Of a DNA stretch of 64,000 nt, positions 21,040 through 30,161 are shown piece after piece. Where the stretch lies: NCBI GenBank assembly GCA_035510575.1, contig DATKGV010000004.1, positions 6,839 through 70,838 on the forward strand, read 5' to 3'. This DNA comes from Minisyncoccota bacterium (GTDB lineage Bacteria > Patescibacteriota > Minisyncoccia > Phycocordibacterales > UBA9973). A program made the position numbers and the translations under genes. Positions within the stretch are counted from its first letter, which is position 1. Each line of letters starts with the position of its first letter. The notes under the pieces are model-generated. The model ran no database searches. It was not told where the DNA came from and saw only the letters and a program-made list of their open reading frames with translations.

Positions 21040-21106
21040 TGTCCTAACTGATACCTGCCCGCCCTCACGAAAGCTCGTTCGGGAGCAGGCGGGGACGATG
21101 AGGCCA
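21040..21106 (-). repeat. Duplicate of the tRNA-Glu 5' segment (27 nt), interrupted by a 40-nt palindromic element at 21054-21093
   Basis: tgtcctaactgata[insert]gacgatgaggcca equals 20765-20791 once the insert is removed. Confidence 0.9.
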
Positions 21107-21200
21107 TTGACACTATTTAATAAAATTAACAAAATATACGATTATTTACAAGTAGATAAAATAATAGCCGTCCAACAATATGAACGGCTATATATTTTAA

Positions 21201-21473
21201 TTACCACAAGACAGCTTTGGCTGCAGAAACCGCATAGGATGTGTTGCCATTTTCAAGAGCAGTTAAATCTTTTCCTTCCAAAAGGATAACCCATTGTACC
21301 CATTTTTTAACTTTTCCCATGATAGGATGATGCTTTCCACACCCACATTTAACAGCAACTTTAATAAAGAAATTATTTGTAATAATTTCTTCAACATGAC
21401 ATTTTTCAGGACGTTTTGGAGAATTATTCTCTAATTCCTGAAATTCTGGCAGATAATTAATTTTCGTTCTCAT
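21201..21473 (-). CDS. Hypothetical protein with a Cys/His motif
   Basis: 90 aa, contains CGCGKHH. Confidence 0.55.
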   Translation of the reverse strand: MRTKINYLPEFQELENNSPKRPEKCHVEEIITNNFFIKVAVKCGCGKHHPIMGKVKKWVQWVILLEGKDLTALENGNTSYAVSAAKAVLW

Positions 21474-21539
21474 AATCTTATTGATTTAATTGAACATTTA
21501 CCAGTACTTTTGCATATTTCAAAAAATAAAGCAAGCAAA

Positions 21540-22850
21540 CTACCTAATTTGCCATTCTTTCTCTTGCCTGCATAGGAGCTTCGTTTTGAGTTCAGGATGC
21601 GCCATAATGGCCTCTACAGCCCTTTCCAGGCGTATTCCTTGGGAACCTTTCAAAAGCACTATATCCCCTTTTCGGATGATTCCCTTCAAGTATTCTCCCG
21701 TAATTTTAGATGAATCAAAACTGTGAATTTTCTCTGCTTTAAAACCGCTATCAATAGCGCTTTCTGCTATCAATTTTGCTCTAGGCCCGACCACGACAAG
21801 CATGTCTGCCACACCCGCGACTTTCTGCCCGATAGCGCGATGGGCCTCATCTGTAAATTTGCCAAGTTCAAGCATATCGCCCAAAACGGCAATTTTATTC
21901 TTGCCTTTCATTTCCGCCAGCACTTCAATCGCCGCTTCCATCGCCACAGGCGAGGCGTTATAAGTATCATCGATTATAACTGAATTATTTATTCCTTCAA
22001 TAAGCGAGAGCCGGCCAGGCGGATTAACATATTCAGAAACCGCGCTTATGGATTGCAAAAGATCGCATCCCAATTCATTGGCGCAAGCGATGGAGGCAAG
22101 TGCTGATCCGATATAGTGCATGCCGATAATATGCGGCAAATTTACCGGGAAAGTATTGCCGCCATATTCCAGTTTGAAATTAATTCCTGTCGGGATAGTT
22201 ACGCCATTTTCTGTTTTGTACAGATAAGCGGGGTAAGCAAAGCGATATGTGGCATTGTCGTGCATCCCATACGAGACAGTTCTTCTTTTAGCTTTGTCAT
22301 GAAGAGCGTAGACCTTTTCATCATCATGATTCAATATTAGAACGCCGTCTTTTTTCATAGCAAGAGCAATAGCGCTCTTTTCTTCAATCACTTTTTCGGC
22401 GCTGCCGAAGAATTCAACATGAACCGGCTTATCGGGAAATCTGGTGACAACGACAATATCCGGCAGAAGCCATTTGGCTACGCTCTTTATGTCATTCGGC
22501 TTGCCAGCTCCAACTTCAAGCACAAGATATTCCGGATATGGCTGTTTCTTAATTAGAATAATAAAACCATGAATTACGATCTCAAACCAAGTAAAAAAAC
22601 TATTCCATCCATTGGAAGCTCCAAGAATAGTCAGAGGAAGGCCTATTTCGCTATTAAAGCTCTTTTCGCTTTTGCGGACAGTTTTGAATTTTGCAAGCAC
22701 GGCAAAAATGGCATCTTTAGTTGAAGTTTTCCCGACTGATCCGGTCACAGCAATAATTTTCGGGCGATAACGCGCTAAAACAAGCTTGGCTTGCCAAGTT
22801 ATTATTGTTACGACAATTTGCTTTAAAATTTGTTTAGATATTTTTTCCAT
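21540..22850 (-). CDS. murF: UDP-MurNAc-tripeptide--D-Ala-D-Ala ligase
   Basis: VTGSVGKTSTK, DDTYNASP, LGDMLELG, LKGSQG motifs. Confidence 0.93.
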   Translation of the reverse strand: MEKISKQILKQIVVTIITWQAKLVLARYRPKIIAVTGSVGKTSTKDAIFAVLAKFKTVRKSEKSFNSEIGLPLTILGASNGWNSFFTWFEIVIHGFIILIKKQPYPEYLVLEVGAGKPNDIKSVAKWLLPDIVVVTRFPDKPVHVEFFGSAEKVIEEKSAIALAMKKDGVLILNHDDEKVYALHDKAKRRTVSYGMHDNATYRFAYPAYLYKTENGVTIPTGINFKLEYGGNTFPVNLPHIIGMHYIGSALASIACANELGCDLLQSISAVSEYVNPPGRLSLIEGINNSVIIDDTYNASPVAMEAAIEVLAEMKGKNKIAVLGDMLELGKFTDEAHRAIGQKVAGVADMLVVVGPRAKLIAESAIDSGFKAEKIHSFDSSKITGEYLKGIIRKGDIVLLKGSQGIRLERAVEAIMAHPELKTKLLCRQEKEWQIR

Positions 22851-22852
22851 AA

Positions 22853-24562
22853 TTATCTGTCCGGCGGAACATCATAATAATTCATGAGGAATTTTGCTAT
22901 ATCCATGAATGGCGGTATGAGCGTCTGCGAAGCATATTTGACCTCCTTGGGATTTTCAAGAAAAAGAAAGATCAGAAATTTGGGATCATAAGCTGGAAAG
23001 TAGCTGAAGAATGAATGCATATGGCGGTCTGCATAATACCCTTTTCCGTTTTCCATTGCTATCTGCGCAGTGCCAGTTTTTGCCGCGACGCTGTAATGAT
23101 CAAATTTATGAATGCCATTATCGTATGATTCAAAAACATGCACAAGCATCTGAGTAATAGTATCCGACGTCTCCTTCTTTATTATACCCTGACGCCCCGC
23201 CGGATAGCCAATGTTTTTTGACAGTCCGTCATCATATTTGATCTCTTTGACTAAATGCGGAGTTATAAGATTGCCTCCATTGGCGATAGCCGAGAATGCT
23301 CTGGCAGCCTCCATAGGAGTCAAAGCTATGCCCTGGCCGAAAGCCGCATTAGCATACTCTAAATCGCGCGGGCTTTCAAGATTTTTTATCAATCCGGATG
23401 TTTCATTCGGCAAATCAATGCCTGTTTTTTCGCCTATGCCATAGGCCTCGAGATATGAGCGCATATTGGCATGGCCAAGCTTGCTCGCCACAAAGACCAT
23501 GCCTGTATTGAGCGATTGATCAAGCACGGTCTGCATCGTGGATAAGCCGCGGCCTTTATTGTCAAAGTTATTTATCTGCTTGTTGTTGACAATTACAAAT
23601 CCCTTGTCAAAATAAGTGGTCTCCGGCGTAACTGCGTTAACGTCAATTGCCGCCGACATGATAAGCGGCTTGATAACCGATCCGAATTCATAAACGTTTT
23701 CAATCAGAGGGTTGCGATAAACGCTTGTATCAGGCACGCTTGCAAAATTGTTCAAGTCGAAAGTCGGATTGCCCGCCATGGCGTAGATTTCGCCTGTTTG
23801 CGGATTTATGATTATGCCGCCGGCTTGATCGGCATGCCACTTATCCATAGTTTCAGCCAGTTCTGTCTCAAGCATATGCTCAGTCGACGGCTCAATAGTG
23901 GTTACAATATCGCCCTGCGCGCTGCTGTCTGAAATGCTATCGCGAAGATTTGAAAATACTTCAGCGAAAAAATTCACATATGATTCATCTTTGGGTTTTG
24001 ACAATACATTATCATAATATCGTTCAAGCCCATATTGGCCCACTAGATCATTATCCTTATAGGCAAGGAATCCCAGAGTATGAGCGGACATGCTTGCGCC
24101 AGGATAGAAACGCCAGTTGTCCTTGTATATTGAAACTCCTTTCAAATCAAGGCCGCTAATCTCATCTGCTTGCTCTTTTGTTAGATGAGTTGCTACTTCT
24201 TCATATGGGTCATTTTTTTTTGCCGCTTTACTTATGAAAATATCATGATCCATAGTCAAATAGTTATGAAGAGATTCGTATATTGATTCCGGATCTTGTA
24301 TATTTTTAGGATTTAAGGCAATTTTAAAGCCTGCAGATATAGTCGCCCCAGCCACGAGAGATCCATCTTTTTTTGTAAGAAATATAGAACCTCTATTGAA
24401 CATGTCGCCGGCCGGAGTGGCATATTGCTTATCCGCTTTTTCCGCATATAAATTATTATGAATAATTTGGATAAGAAAGAGCTTGGCGACAAGAATGCCA
24501 GCAAACAAAAAAATAAATACGGAGATAGTCCTTATTCGCGATTGGAACGAGTGAAAATTCAT
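22853..24562 (-). CDS. ftsI: Class B penicillin-binding protein (FtsI-like)
   Basis: SxxK (GSVIK), SxN (SLN), KTGT; lies in the mraZ-rsmH cluster. Confidence 0.85.
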   Translation of the reverse strand: MNFHSFQSRIRTISVFIFLFAGILVAKLFLIQIIHNNLYAEKADKQYATPAGDMFNRGSIFLTKKDGSLVAGATISAGFKIALNPKNIQDPESIYESLHNYLTMDHDIFISKAAKKNDPYEEVATHLTKEQADEISGLDLKGVSIYKDNWRFYPGASMSAHTLGFLAYKDNDLVGQYGLERYYDNVLSKPKDESYVNFFAEVFSNLRDSISDSSAQGDIVTTIEPSTEHMLETELAETMDKWHADQAGGIIINPQTGEIYAMAGNPTFDLNNFASVPDTSVYRNPLIENVYEFGSVIKPLIMSAAIDVNAVTPETTYFDKGFVIVNNKQINNFDNKGRGLSTMQTVLDQSLNTGMVFVASKLGHANMRSYLEAYGIGEKTGIDLPNETSGLIKNLESPRDLEYANAAFGQGIALTPMEAARAFSAIANGGNLITPHLVKEIKYDDGLSKNIGYPAGRQGIIKKETSDTITQMLVHVFESYDNGIHKFDHYSVAAKTGTAQIAMENGKGYYADRHMHSFFSYFPAYDPKFLIFLFLENPKEVKYASQTLIPPFMDIAKFLMNYYDVPPDR

Positions 24563-24885
24563 CAGCGTATAGCGACACGTGGAGTGGCGCGTGTGGCAAA
24601 TAAATTATTATTTGCATCGACGAATCCTTTAGATAAAGCGTAATTTTTATCAATTTTATCGGAACTGTCGAGATACTCAAGCTCAAGCTGGTTTACATTA
24701 TGAGAAAGCGCGCTGATCGTATTTGTAAGGGACTTAGAAGCTAAAACATTGAAAGTAATGGAACCTATCAGATAAATATAGATGCAAAAAAGAAAAGACA
24801 AAGAGGAAACAAGCACGCGGAACAATATGCGCTGAGTGCTTTCGTTTTTCGCTATATAAGTTGTAATTTCTTTTGCTTTGCTCAT
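24562..24885 (-). CDS. FtsL-like membrane protein
   Basis: TM helix plus coiled coil, positioned between rsmH and the PBP gene. Confidence 0.6.
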   Translation of the reverse strand: MSKAKEITTYIAKNESTQRILFRVLVSSLSFLFCIYIYLIGSITFNVLASKSLTNTISALSHNVNQLELEYLDSSDKIDKNYALSKGFVDANNNLFATRATPRVAIR

Positions 24886-25775
24886 ATTTTTTCTATTATC
24901 CTTAATTTGGCGCTGCGGGAGCGCGGATTCTCGCGCAATTCATCATCGCTCGGTGTTATGGGTTTTTTGGTGATAATATTCGCATATCCTTTTTGTTTTA
25001 AATCAACGAAGGCGCGCTTGACTATGCGATCCTCCAAGCTGTGAAAAGTTATAATTGCCATGCGTCCATTGTCTCCAAGCAGGTTAAATCCTTTTTCTAT
25101 AGCTTTTTCCAGATTTACGAGTTCGCTGTTCGTTGCTATGCGAAGGGCTTGGAAAGTCCTTGTTGCCGGATGGATTTTCATCCTCTTATAGCTCCTGCCC
25201 ACGGCTTCATCGATTATCTTCACTAAATCAAATGTGGTCTTTATGGGCTTTTTTTTGCGGGCATCTATAATGGCCTTGGCAATCTTGCGGGAATATTTCT
25301 CTTCACCGAAGCCGTATATGATATCAGCTAGTGTTTTCTCTTCCCACGTATTCACGATATCGCGGGCCGTTAAGTCATCATCAGTTGGATCTTTTTTCAT
25401 CGTCATCAGAAGCGGTTCATCTTTTAAAAAAGAGAATCCCCTGCCCGCCTCTTCCAGCTGGAATGAACTGATGCCAAGATCAAGCAATATTCTGTCTGCA
25501 TGAATGATATTCAACTCATGAAGAATTTTATCCATGTCTTGAAAGCCAGCCGTCCGCAAAATTGCATCGTGCGGAAGATCGCCTACTAATGATTTGAAGC
25601 GGCCGACTGCATCGGAATCCAGATCAAGGCCGATAATCTTAATGCCTGAACCGAAACGGCGGATTATTTCAAAACTATGCCCCCCGCCGCCAAGCGTTCC
25701 GTCAACGACAATATCGCCGGACTTTATCTTAAGCCCGTCAATCGATTCGTTTTTCAGTACTGAAATATGCGTCAT
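24882..25775 (-). CDS. rsmH: 16S rRNA m4C1402 methyltransferase
   Basis: HISVL, DGTLGGGGHS, DLGISS, FQALRI, FHSLEDR, NPRSRSAKLR motifs. Confidence 0.96.
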   Translation of the reverse strand: MTHISVLKNESIDGLKIKSGDIVVDGTLGGGGHSFEIIRRFGSGIKIIGLDLDSDAVGRFKSLVGDLPHDAILRTAGFQDMDKILHELNIIHADRILLDLGISSFQLEEAGRGFSFLKDEPLLMTMKKDPTDDDLTARDIVNTWEEKTLADIIYGFGEEKYSRKIAKAIIDARKKKPIKTTFDLVKIIDEAVGRSYKRMKIHPATRTFQALRIATNSELVNLEKAIEKGFNLLGDNGRMAIITFHSLEDRIVKRAFVDLKQKGYANIITKKPITPSDDELRENPRSRSAKLRIIEKI

Positions 25776-25779
25776 ATTA

Positions 25780-26214
25780 TTAAAGAACACCTACCTGCCC
25801 TAATTTATCGGCGAGGGCGTCTGCCTGCGCTTCTACAACTTTCTTGTAGTCATTCCATGCTTTTTCGTTCCAGATTTCTGCGCGATTCTGCACTCCAATA
25901 ACAGTCACTTTGGTAGAGAGACCTGAACGATTTTTTAAATTTTCCGGGATCAGTATTCGGCCTTGGGCATCCACATCGACTATGACTGCCTGACCGAACA
26001 TAAATCTCGAGAAACTTCTGTTGTCGCTAGCCAGCATTGATGAATCAGAAAGTTTAGCGGAAATTTTTTGCCATTCTTTCGTTGTAAATATTGAAAGGCA
26101 ATTATCAAGCCCCGGGGCGACGACAACGCTGCTGCCCATCTCCTTGCGGAATTTCACCGGTAATGACATGCGATTCTTTTCATCCAATGTATGGTTGTAT
26201 TCTCCGATTAGCAT
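25780..26214 (-). CDS. mraZ: Transcriptional regulator MraZ
   Basis: Duplicated DxKxR/DAQGR AbrB-like motifs. Confidence 0.96.
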   Translation of the reverse strand: MLIGEYNHTLDEKNRMSLPVKFRKEMGSSVVVAPGLDNCLSIFTTKEWQKISAKLSDSSMLASDNRSFSRFMFGQAVIVDVDAQGRILIPENLKNRSGLSTKVTVIGVQNRAEIWNEKAWNDYKKVVEAQADALADKLGQVGVL

Positions 26215-26250
26215 ATAAAGTAAAGTGGAATATGATTAAAATTCTTAAAT

Positions 26251-26316
26251 CCCACTATATCCCACTGGGTTCTATTATAAACCACTTCATCCCACAATAC
26301 AAATACCGCTCCCCAC
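26251..26316 (-). promoter_or_regulatory. Probable MraZ operator (GTGGG direct repeats)
   Basis: cccac at 26251, 26261 and 26291, ccac at 26282, ccccac at 26311: 10-nt periodic GTGG(G) upstream of mraZ. Confidence 0.75.
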
Positions 26317-26342
26317 TCTAAACTGTGGATAACTAAACAGCA

Positions 26343-26372
26343 AAAAAGGCATCCAAATTATGAATGCCTTTT
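26343..26372. terminator. Terminator hairpin
   Basis: aaaaaggcat...atgccttttt. Confidence 0.6.
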
Positions 26373-26392
26373 TAAAAAATATAACCTCTTAA

Positions 26393-26548
26393 TCAGAAGT
26401 CATCTCCATAGAGTATTTCTTTTTTTCTTGCTCTTTTACTCCTTTTTGCTGTTTCCACTAATTTATCTACTAATTTTCTACGAAACCTTCTTTTACTTGA
26501 AGTTTCGCTTAATTCTGCATAAAAATCATTTGTACTCTTTGTACTCAT
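26393..26548 (-). CDS. Small basic protein (51 aa), absent from the ORF track
   Basis: MSTKSTNDFYAELSETSSKRRFRRKLVDKLVETAKRSKRARKKEILYGDDF*, with its own promoter and terminator. Confidence 0.55.
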   Translation of the reverse strand: MSTKSTNDFYAELSETSSKRRFRRKLVDKLVETAKRSKRARKKEILYGDDF

Positions 26549-26574
26549 AGTTTTTAAATATTTAATTTTTCTAC

Positions 26575-26603
26575 ATTATACAGTATTTAAATTATAAAGT
26601 CAA
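26575..26603 (-). promoter_or_regulatory. Sigma70 promoter
   Basis: TTGACT-17 nt-TATAAT on the minus strand. Confidence 0.65.
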
Positions 26604-26611
26604 TTTTTTAT

Positions 26612-28066
26612 TTATCTTGGTTTCATTAGCGGAAAAGCTTGCGTTTCGCGGATTGGTTTATCTACCATAAAGGCAAAAAGTCGTTCAGGGAAACCGAAAC
26701 CGCAAGTCGGCGGCATGCCATGCTCTAGCATTTCCACAAATTCCCATTCTGGCATCATAGCTTCGTTATCGCCCCGATCAATAAGCTTCTGTTGCGCCTC
26801 AAAGCGTGCTCGCTGATCAATAGGATCATTGAGTTCTGAGAATCCATTCCCTACTTCGCTGCCGGCAATTATTATCTGGAATCTTTCTGTCAGTTGTGGA
26901 TTATCAACACAAGCTTTCGCCAGTGGAGAAACAAGTTTAGGATGATTAATTAAAAATACTGGACCAGATATATTCATACGACAATATTTCCATAAGGTAT
27001 CCATTAAACGCTCGCGATTATTACCTTCATATTTCACGCCTAACTCATCAAGCTTATTTTTCATTTCTTTATCAGATGATTTCAAAACATCAATGCCAGT
27101 TTGCTTCAAAACTTCTTGCTGGTAATCAATTCTTGGCCACTCACCCGAAAGATCAAAAGTGTATCCACGTGTTGTAAACGTAGTCGTGCCAAAAACTTCC
27201 TCAGCAATTTTTTGATAAAGTTCTTGAGATAATTTCATCCCGTCTTTATAATTCGCATATGCCCAATAAAATTCCATATTGGTAAACTCCTGCAAGTGGT
27301 CGGGGCTTGTGCCCTCATTGCGATAAACTCGCCCAATTTCAAAAGTTTTTGGAAATCCTGCCGCCATTAGGCGCTTCTGCCAAAGCTCTCCGACTGAAAT
27401 ACGGAGAAAAACATCAAGATCAAAATCTTTATGATGCGTCTTAAAAGGATTGGCTTCAGCCCCGCCGGTGGTAATCTCAAGCGTCGGCGTTTCAACTTCA
27501 AGAAAACCGCGCTCTTTCATAAAATTGCGAGTCACTTCCCAAAACTTGGCTTTTTTTATAAAAAGATCTTTAAGTTCCGGAGCGGTTAAAATGTCAAGAT
27601 ATCTTTTTCGAAAACGTTCCTCTGCATCCTGAAGTCCGTGCCATTTGTCAGGAAGCGGAGCAAGCGCTTTTGTAAGAATCCTCCAGTTCTTTACAAGAAT
27701 GGTCTGCTGATTAGTTTTGGTCTGAAATAATGCGCCGGTCACTTCTACAAAATCGGCGATATCAACCGCATCCGTGAAAAGTTTAAAAAGAGCATCGTCT
27801 ATCTCGCCTTTTTTTACTAAGCCCTGAAAATTGCCCGTGCCGTCCGTAAAATTAAAAAATATCAAAGCCCCTTGCGCGCGCAAAGTCATAATTCGGCCGG
27901 CAAGAGTCACTTCGCTTGCTCCAGCTGAAAGCATTTCAAAACCAGAAATAACTTCACCGATAGTGTGAGTGCGGAAAGCCGCAGAAGTGAACGGATTCAT
28001 TCCGGCTTTTTTCAGTATTTCTATTTTCTGCAATCGAGCAATGCGCAATTCTTCAATTGATGCCAT
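26612..28066 (-). CDS. lysS: Lysine--tRNA ligase (class II)
   Basis: OB fold, EVETP, GGAEANPF.THH, YRNEG, GMPPTCG.G motifs. Confidence 0.96.
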   Translation of the reverse strand: MASIEELRIARLQKIEILKKAGMNPFTSAAFRTHTIGEVISGFEMLSAGASEVTLAGRIMTLRAQGALIFFNFTDGTGNFQGLVKKGEIDDALFKLFTDAVDIADFVEVTGALFQTKTNQQTILVKNWRILTKALAPLPDKWHGLQDAEERFRKRYLDILTAPELKDLFIKKAKFWEVTRNFMKERGFLEVETPTLEITTGGAEANPFKTHHKDFDLDVFLRISVGELWQKRLMAAGFPKTFEIGRVYRNEGTSPDHLQEFTNMEFYWAYANYKDGMKLSQELYQKIAEEVFGTTTFTTRGYTFDLSGEWPRIDYQQEVLKQTGIDVLKSSDKEMKNKLDELGVKYEGNNRERLMDTLWKYCRMNISGPVFLINHPKLVSPLAKACVDNPQLTERFQIIIAGSEVGNGFSELNDPIDQRARFEAQQKLIDRGDNEAMMPEWEFVEMLEHGMPPTCGFGFPERLFAFMVDKPIRETQAFPLMKPR

Positions 28067-28070
28067 AGCT

Positions 28071-28535
28071 CTATTGTATATCAACAAGAGTGTATTTGAC
28101 TAGCCCCTTGGGAGTTGTGATTGATATGACATCGCCCTTTCCTTTGCCGAAGAGGGCCTCGCCGAGCGGCGATTTATTGGAAATTTTATTATGCGCCATA
28201 TCAGCTTCTTCAGCGCCGACAATGCCGTATGTAGCGGTATCTTTTGACCCTTCTTTTCTGACTATGACAGTCGTACCGATCTCAACTTTGGCGCTGTGAT
28301 GCTTCTTGACAACAATCGACGATTGAAGCATATATTCAATCTGGTTTATGCGGTCCTCGGTCTTGCCTTGATCTTCGCGGGCTTGATGATATTCGGCATT
28401 TTCGGAAAGGTCGCCCAGAGCTTTGGCGGCCTCAAGCGATTCAAGTATCTCTTTGCGTTTTATGGTCTTTAAATGATTCAATTCATCAAGCAAGGCCTGC
28501 CTTTTTTCCTCAGTTATATAGCTCTTTTCTTCCAT
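28071..28535 (-). CDS. greA: Transcription elongation factor GreA
   Basis: GDLSENAEY and ISNKSPLG motifs. Confidence 0.96.
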   Translation of the reverse strand: MEEKSYITEEKRQALLDELNHLKTIKRKEILESLEAAKALGDLSENAEYHQAREDQGKTEDRINQIEYMLQSSIVVKKHHSAKVEIGTTVIVRKEGSKDTATYGIVGAEEADMAHNKISNKSPLGEALFGKGKGDVISITTPKGLVKYTLVDIQ

Positions 28536-28631
28536 AGTCACCGAATAGTATCAGTTTTTTATAAATAAGTCAAAGAAAAATAAATATGCGCGATTTTACC
28601 CAAAAAATGCGATCGCAAAAATTAGGTAAAG

Positions 28632-29663
28632 TTATTTAAATGTAGAATTAATTTCTTTTTCTAACTTCTTCGCATCCCCATGCCTCAACATTCCTAAATA
28701 GGATTGTATACTTTCCTCTTTGTAATTGTTCTTTTTCAAATTCCTAAACATTCTTTTCTTGGTCGCTGTCCTTAAAACTCTGTGATACGGGAATTGAACC
28801 CAACCCAAGAAATCCACACCGGAAGCAAGGGTCTTGATATACAGCTTGTCCGGATGAAGTTGTAGTTTTAAATTATTATTTAAGAATTGTGAGATTTTTG
28901 GTATAAGATTCTCAAGATATGATTTGTTTTCTGAAAGAATCACAAAATCATCGGCATATCTGATATAGTATTTTACTTTCAATACATGCTTCATATATTG
29001 GTCAAATTCGTTCATATAGACATTAACTAGAAGTTGAGAAGTCAGATTGCCAAGAGGAAGACCTCGTTTGCTTGATGCTACAAACTCTGCACGTGCAGAG
29101 TTTGTAGCATTTTTGGTATAAAAGCTGTCGATGATGTTTGATAAAAGGATGTGAGTATCAGAATCGTGCATATGCACAGAAATGATACTCTTTAATATTT
29201 CGTGATTAATATTGGCGAAGAATTTGCGTATGTCGCATTTTAAAATCCAGCAAGTTTTAGTATTATTCTTTGAAACTTTTCTTGAGAAATCACGGAAGCG
29301 ATTTATGGCTTTATGAGTTCCCTTACCTATTCGGCATGAATACGAATCATAGATGAATTTCCTATCAAAATATGGGTAGAGTATTCTATATATTGCATGA
29401 TGAAGTAACCTATCTCTAACACTTGCTTTGTGAATATCGCGAGGTTTGGGGTCATTGATTTTAAAAGCTTTATATTCACCATGCTTGTAGGTTTTATTTT
29501 TTAAATCTTGATGCAAATTAAAAATATTATCCATTAATTGCAATTGGAATTTCTGCACATCTTCTTTTTGTTTTTTATCTTTTATAAATTCTTGCCATGC
29601 TAAAAGCAAATTCTCTATGGATGTGATAGAATCAAAACTATGAATAGCACCCCCCCCCCGCAC
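28632..29663 (-). CDS. DGR reverse transcriptase; the start depends on the poly-G tract
   Basis: KPRDI, RDRLLHHA, DIRKFF, GLPLGNLTSQ, YIRYADDF, DFLG motifs; next to avd and TR. Confidence 0.95.
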   Translation of the reverse strand: MRGGGAIHSFDSITSIENLLLAWQEFIKDKKQKEDVQKFQLQLMDNIFNLHQDLKNKTYKHGEYKAFKINDPKPRDIHKASVRDRLLHHAIYRILYPYFDRKFIYDSYSCRIGKGTHKAINRFRDFSRKVSKNNTKTCWILKCDIRKFFANINHEILKSIISVHMHDSDTHILLSNIIDSFYTKNATNSARAEFVASSKRGLPLGNLTSQLLVNVYMNEFDQYMKHVLKVKYYIRYADDFVILSENKSYLENLIPKISQFLNNNLKLQLHPDKLYIKTLASGVDFLGWVQFPYHRVLRTATKKRMFRNLKKNNYKEESIQSYLGMLRHGDAKKLEKEINSTFK

Positions 29664-30030
29664 AATTCAAACCGCTTCGGTCATTAACCGAATCAAGGAA
29701 TCTTTCAGTATTTGGTGCAGTTTGATTGTTCCTCATATGCCAAGAACAGCCAGATACACGATTGGCGCAAGAATTGAAAACCATTTCCTTGATCTGCTTG
29801 AACTTGTGTATAAAGCATACTACGCTTCATTTGAAAATAAAAATGAAAAAATTATTGAATGCATAAGTAAAAATGATTTAATTAAATACTTGCTTCAAAT
29901 CGCTTGGGAAAATAAACTGCTCAAAGAAAAACCATATATGGAACTATCTCAAAAACTGCAAGAAGTCGGTAAAATACTTGGCGGGTGGAAAAAAGGAATT
30001 GAAAGTAAAATAAAAACTCCTGCCAAGTGA
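29640..30030 (+). CDS. avd: DGR accessory variability determinant (Avd); frameshifted at C10 if started at ATG 29640, otherwise a truncated ORF from 29722
   Basis: P..ARYTIG.RI...LDLLE and EVGKILGGW four-helix-bundle pattern; the frame stays open upstream (ASVINRIKESFSIW) back to the C tract. Confidence 0.85.
29650..29659. repeat. C10/G10 homopolymer in the RT/avd 5' overlap
   Basis: tgaatagca-C10-gcacaa. Confidence 0.9.
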
Positions 30031-30050
30031 CAGGAGAAAAATGTTTGTTT

Positions 30051-30161
30051 CGAAAGAAAGAACTGTTGCCGGCATTCCACTTGTTCTTGGGATCAAACTT
30101 GTTCACGTTCACGTTCGGACCATCAGCATTGTGCCACACGTTCACGTTGCAAAGCTCGCCT
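30051..30161 (-). repeat. DGR template repeat (TR)
   Basis: 111 nt, rich in AAC/AAT codons; matches 30488-30600 apart from substitutions at adenines and a 2-nt gap. Confidence 0.95.

Noticed and set aside
21040-21106. Second tRNA-Glu with an intron
   Set aside because: Only the 5' segment is present; the anticodon arm, T arm and acceptor 3' strand are missing from this copy.
26324-26333. DnaA-box-like TGTGGATAA (also near 56724) as an origin
   Set aside because: Isolated single boxes; no cluster and no dnaA in the window.
28632-29663. RT as a group II intron, retron or CRISPR-associated RT
   Set aside because: No maturase/endonuclease extension or Cas genes; the adjacent Avd and the adenine-specific TR/VR pair identify a DGR.
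29664-29684. TGA read-through (genetic code 25) to extend the RT from ATG 29684
   Set aside because: TGA acts as a normal stop elsewhere in the window (for example the PRTase gene, avd, prs, rsmH) and conserved genes have no internal TGA.
29921-30145. 74-aa ORF over the TR
   Set aside because: It is the TR read in the target frame plus avd antisense; TRs work as RNA templates.
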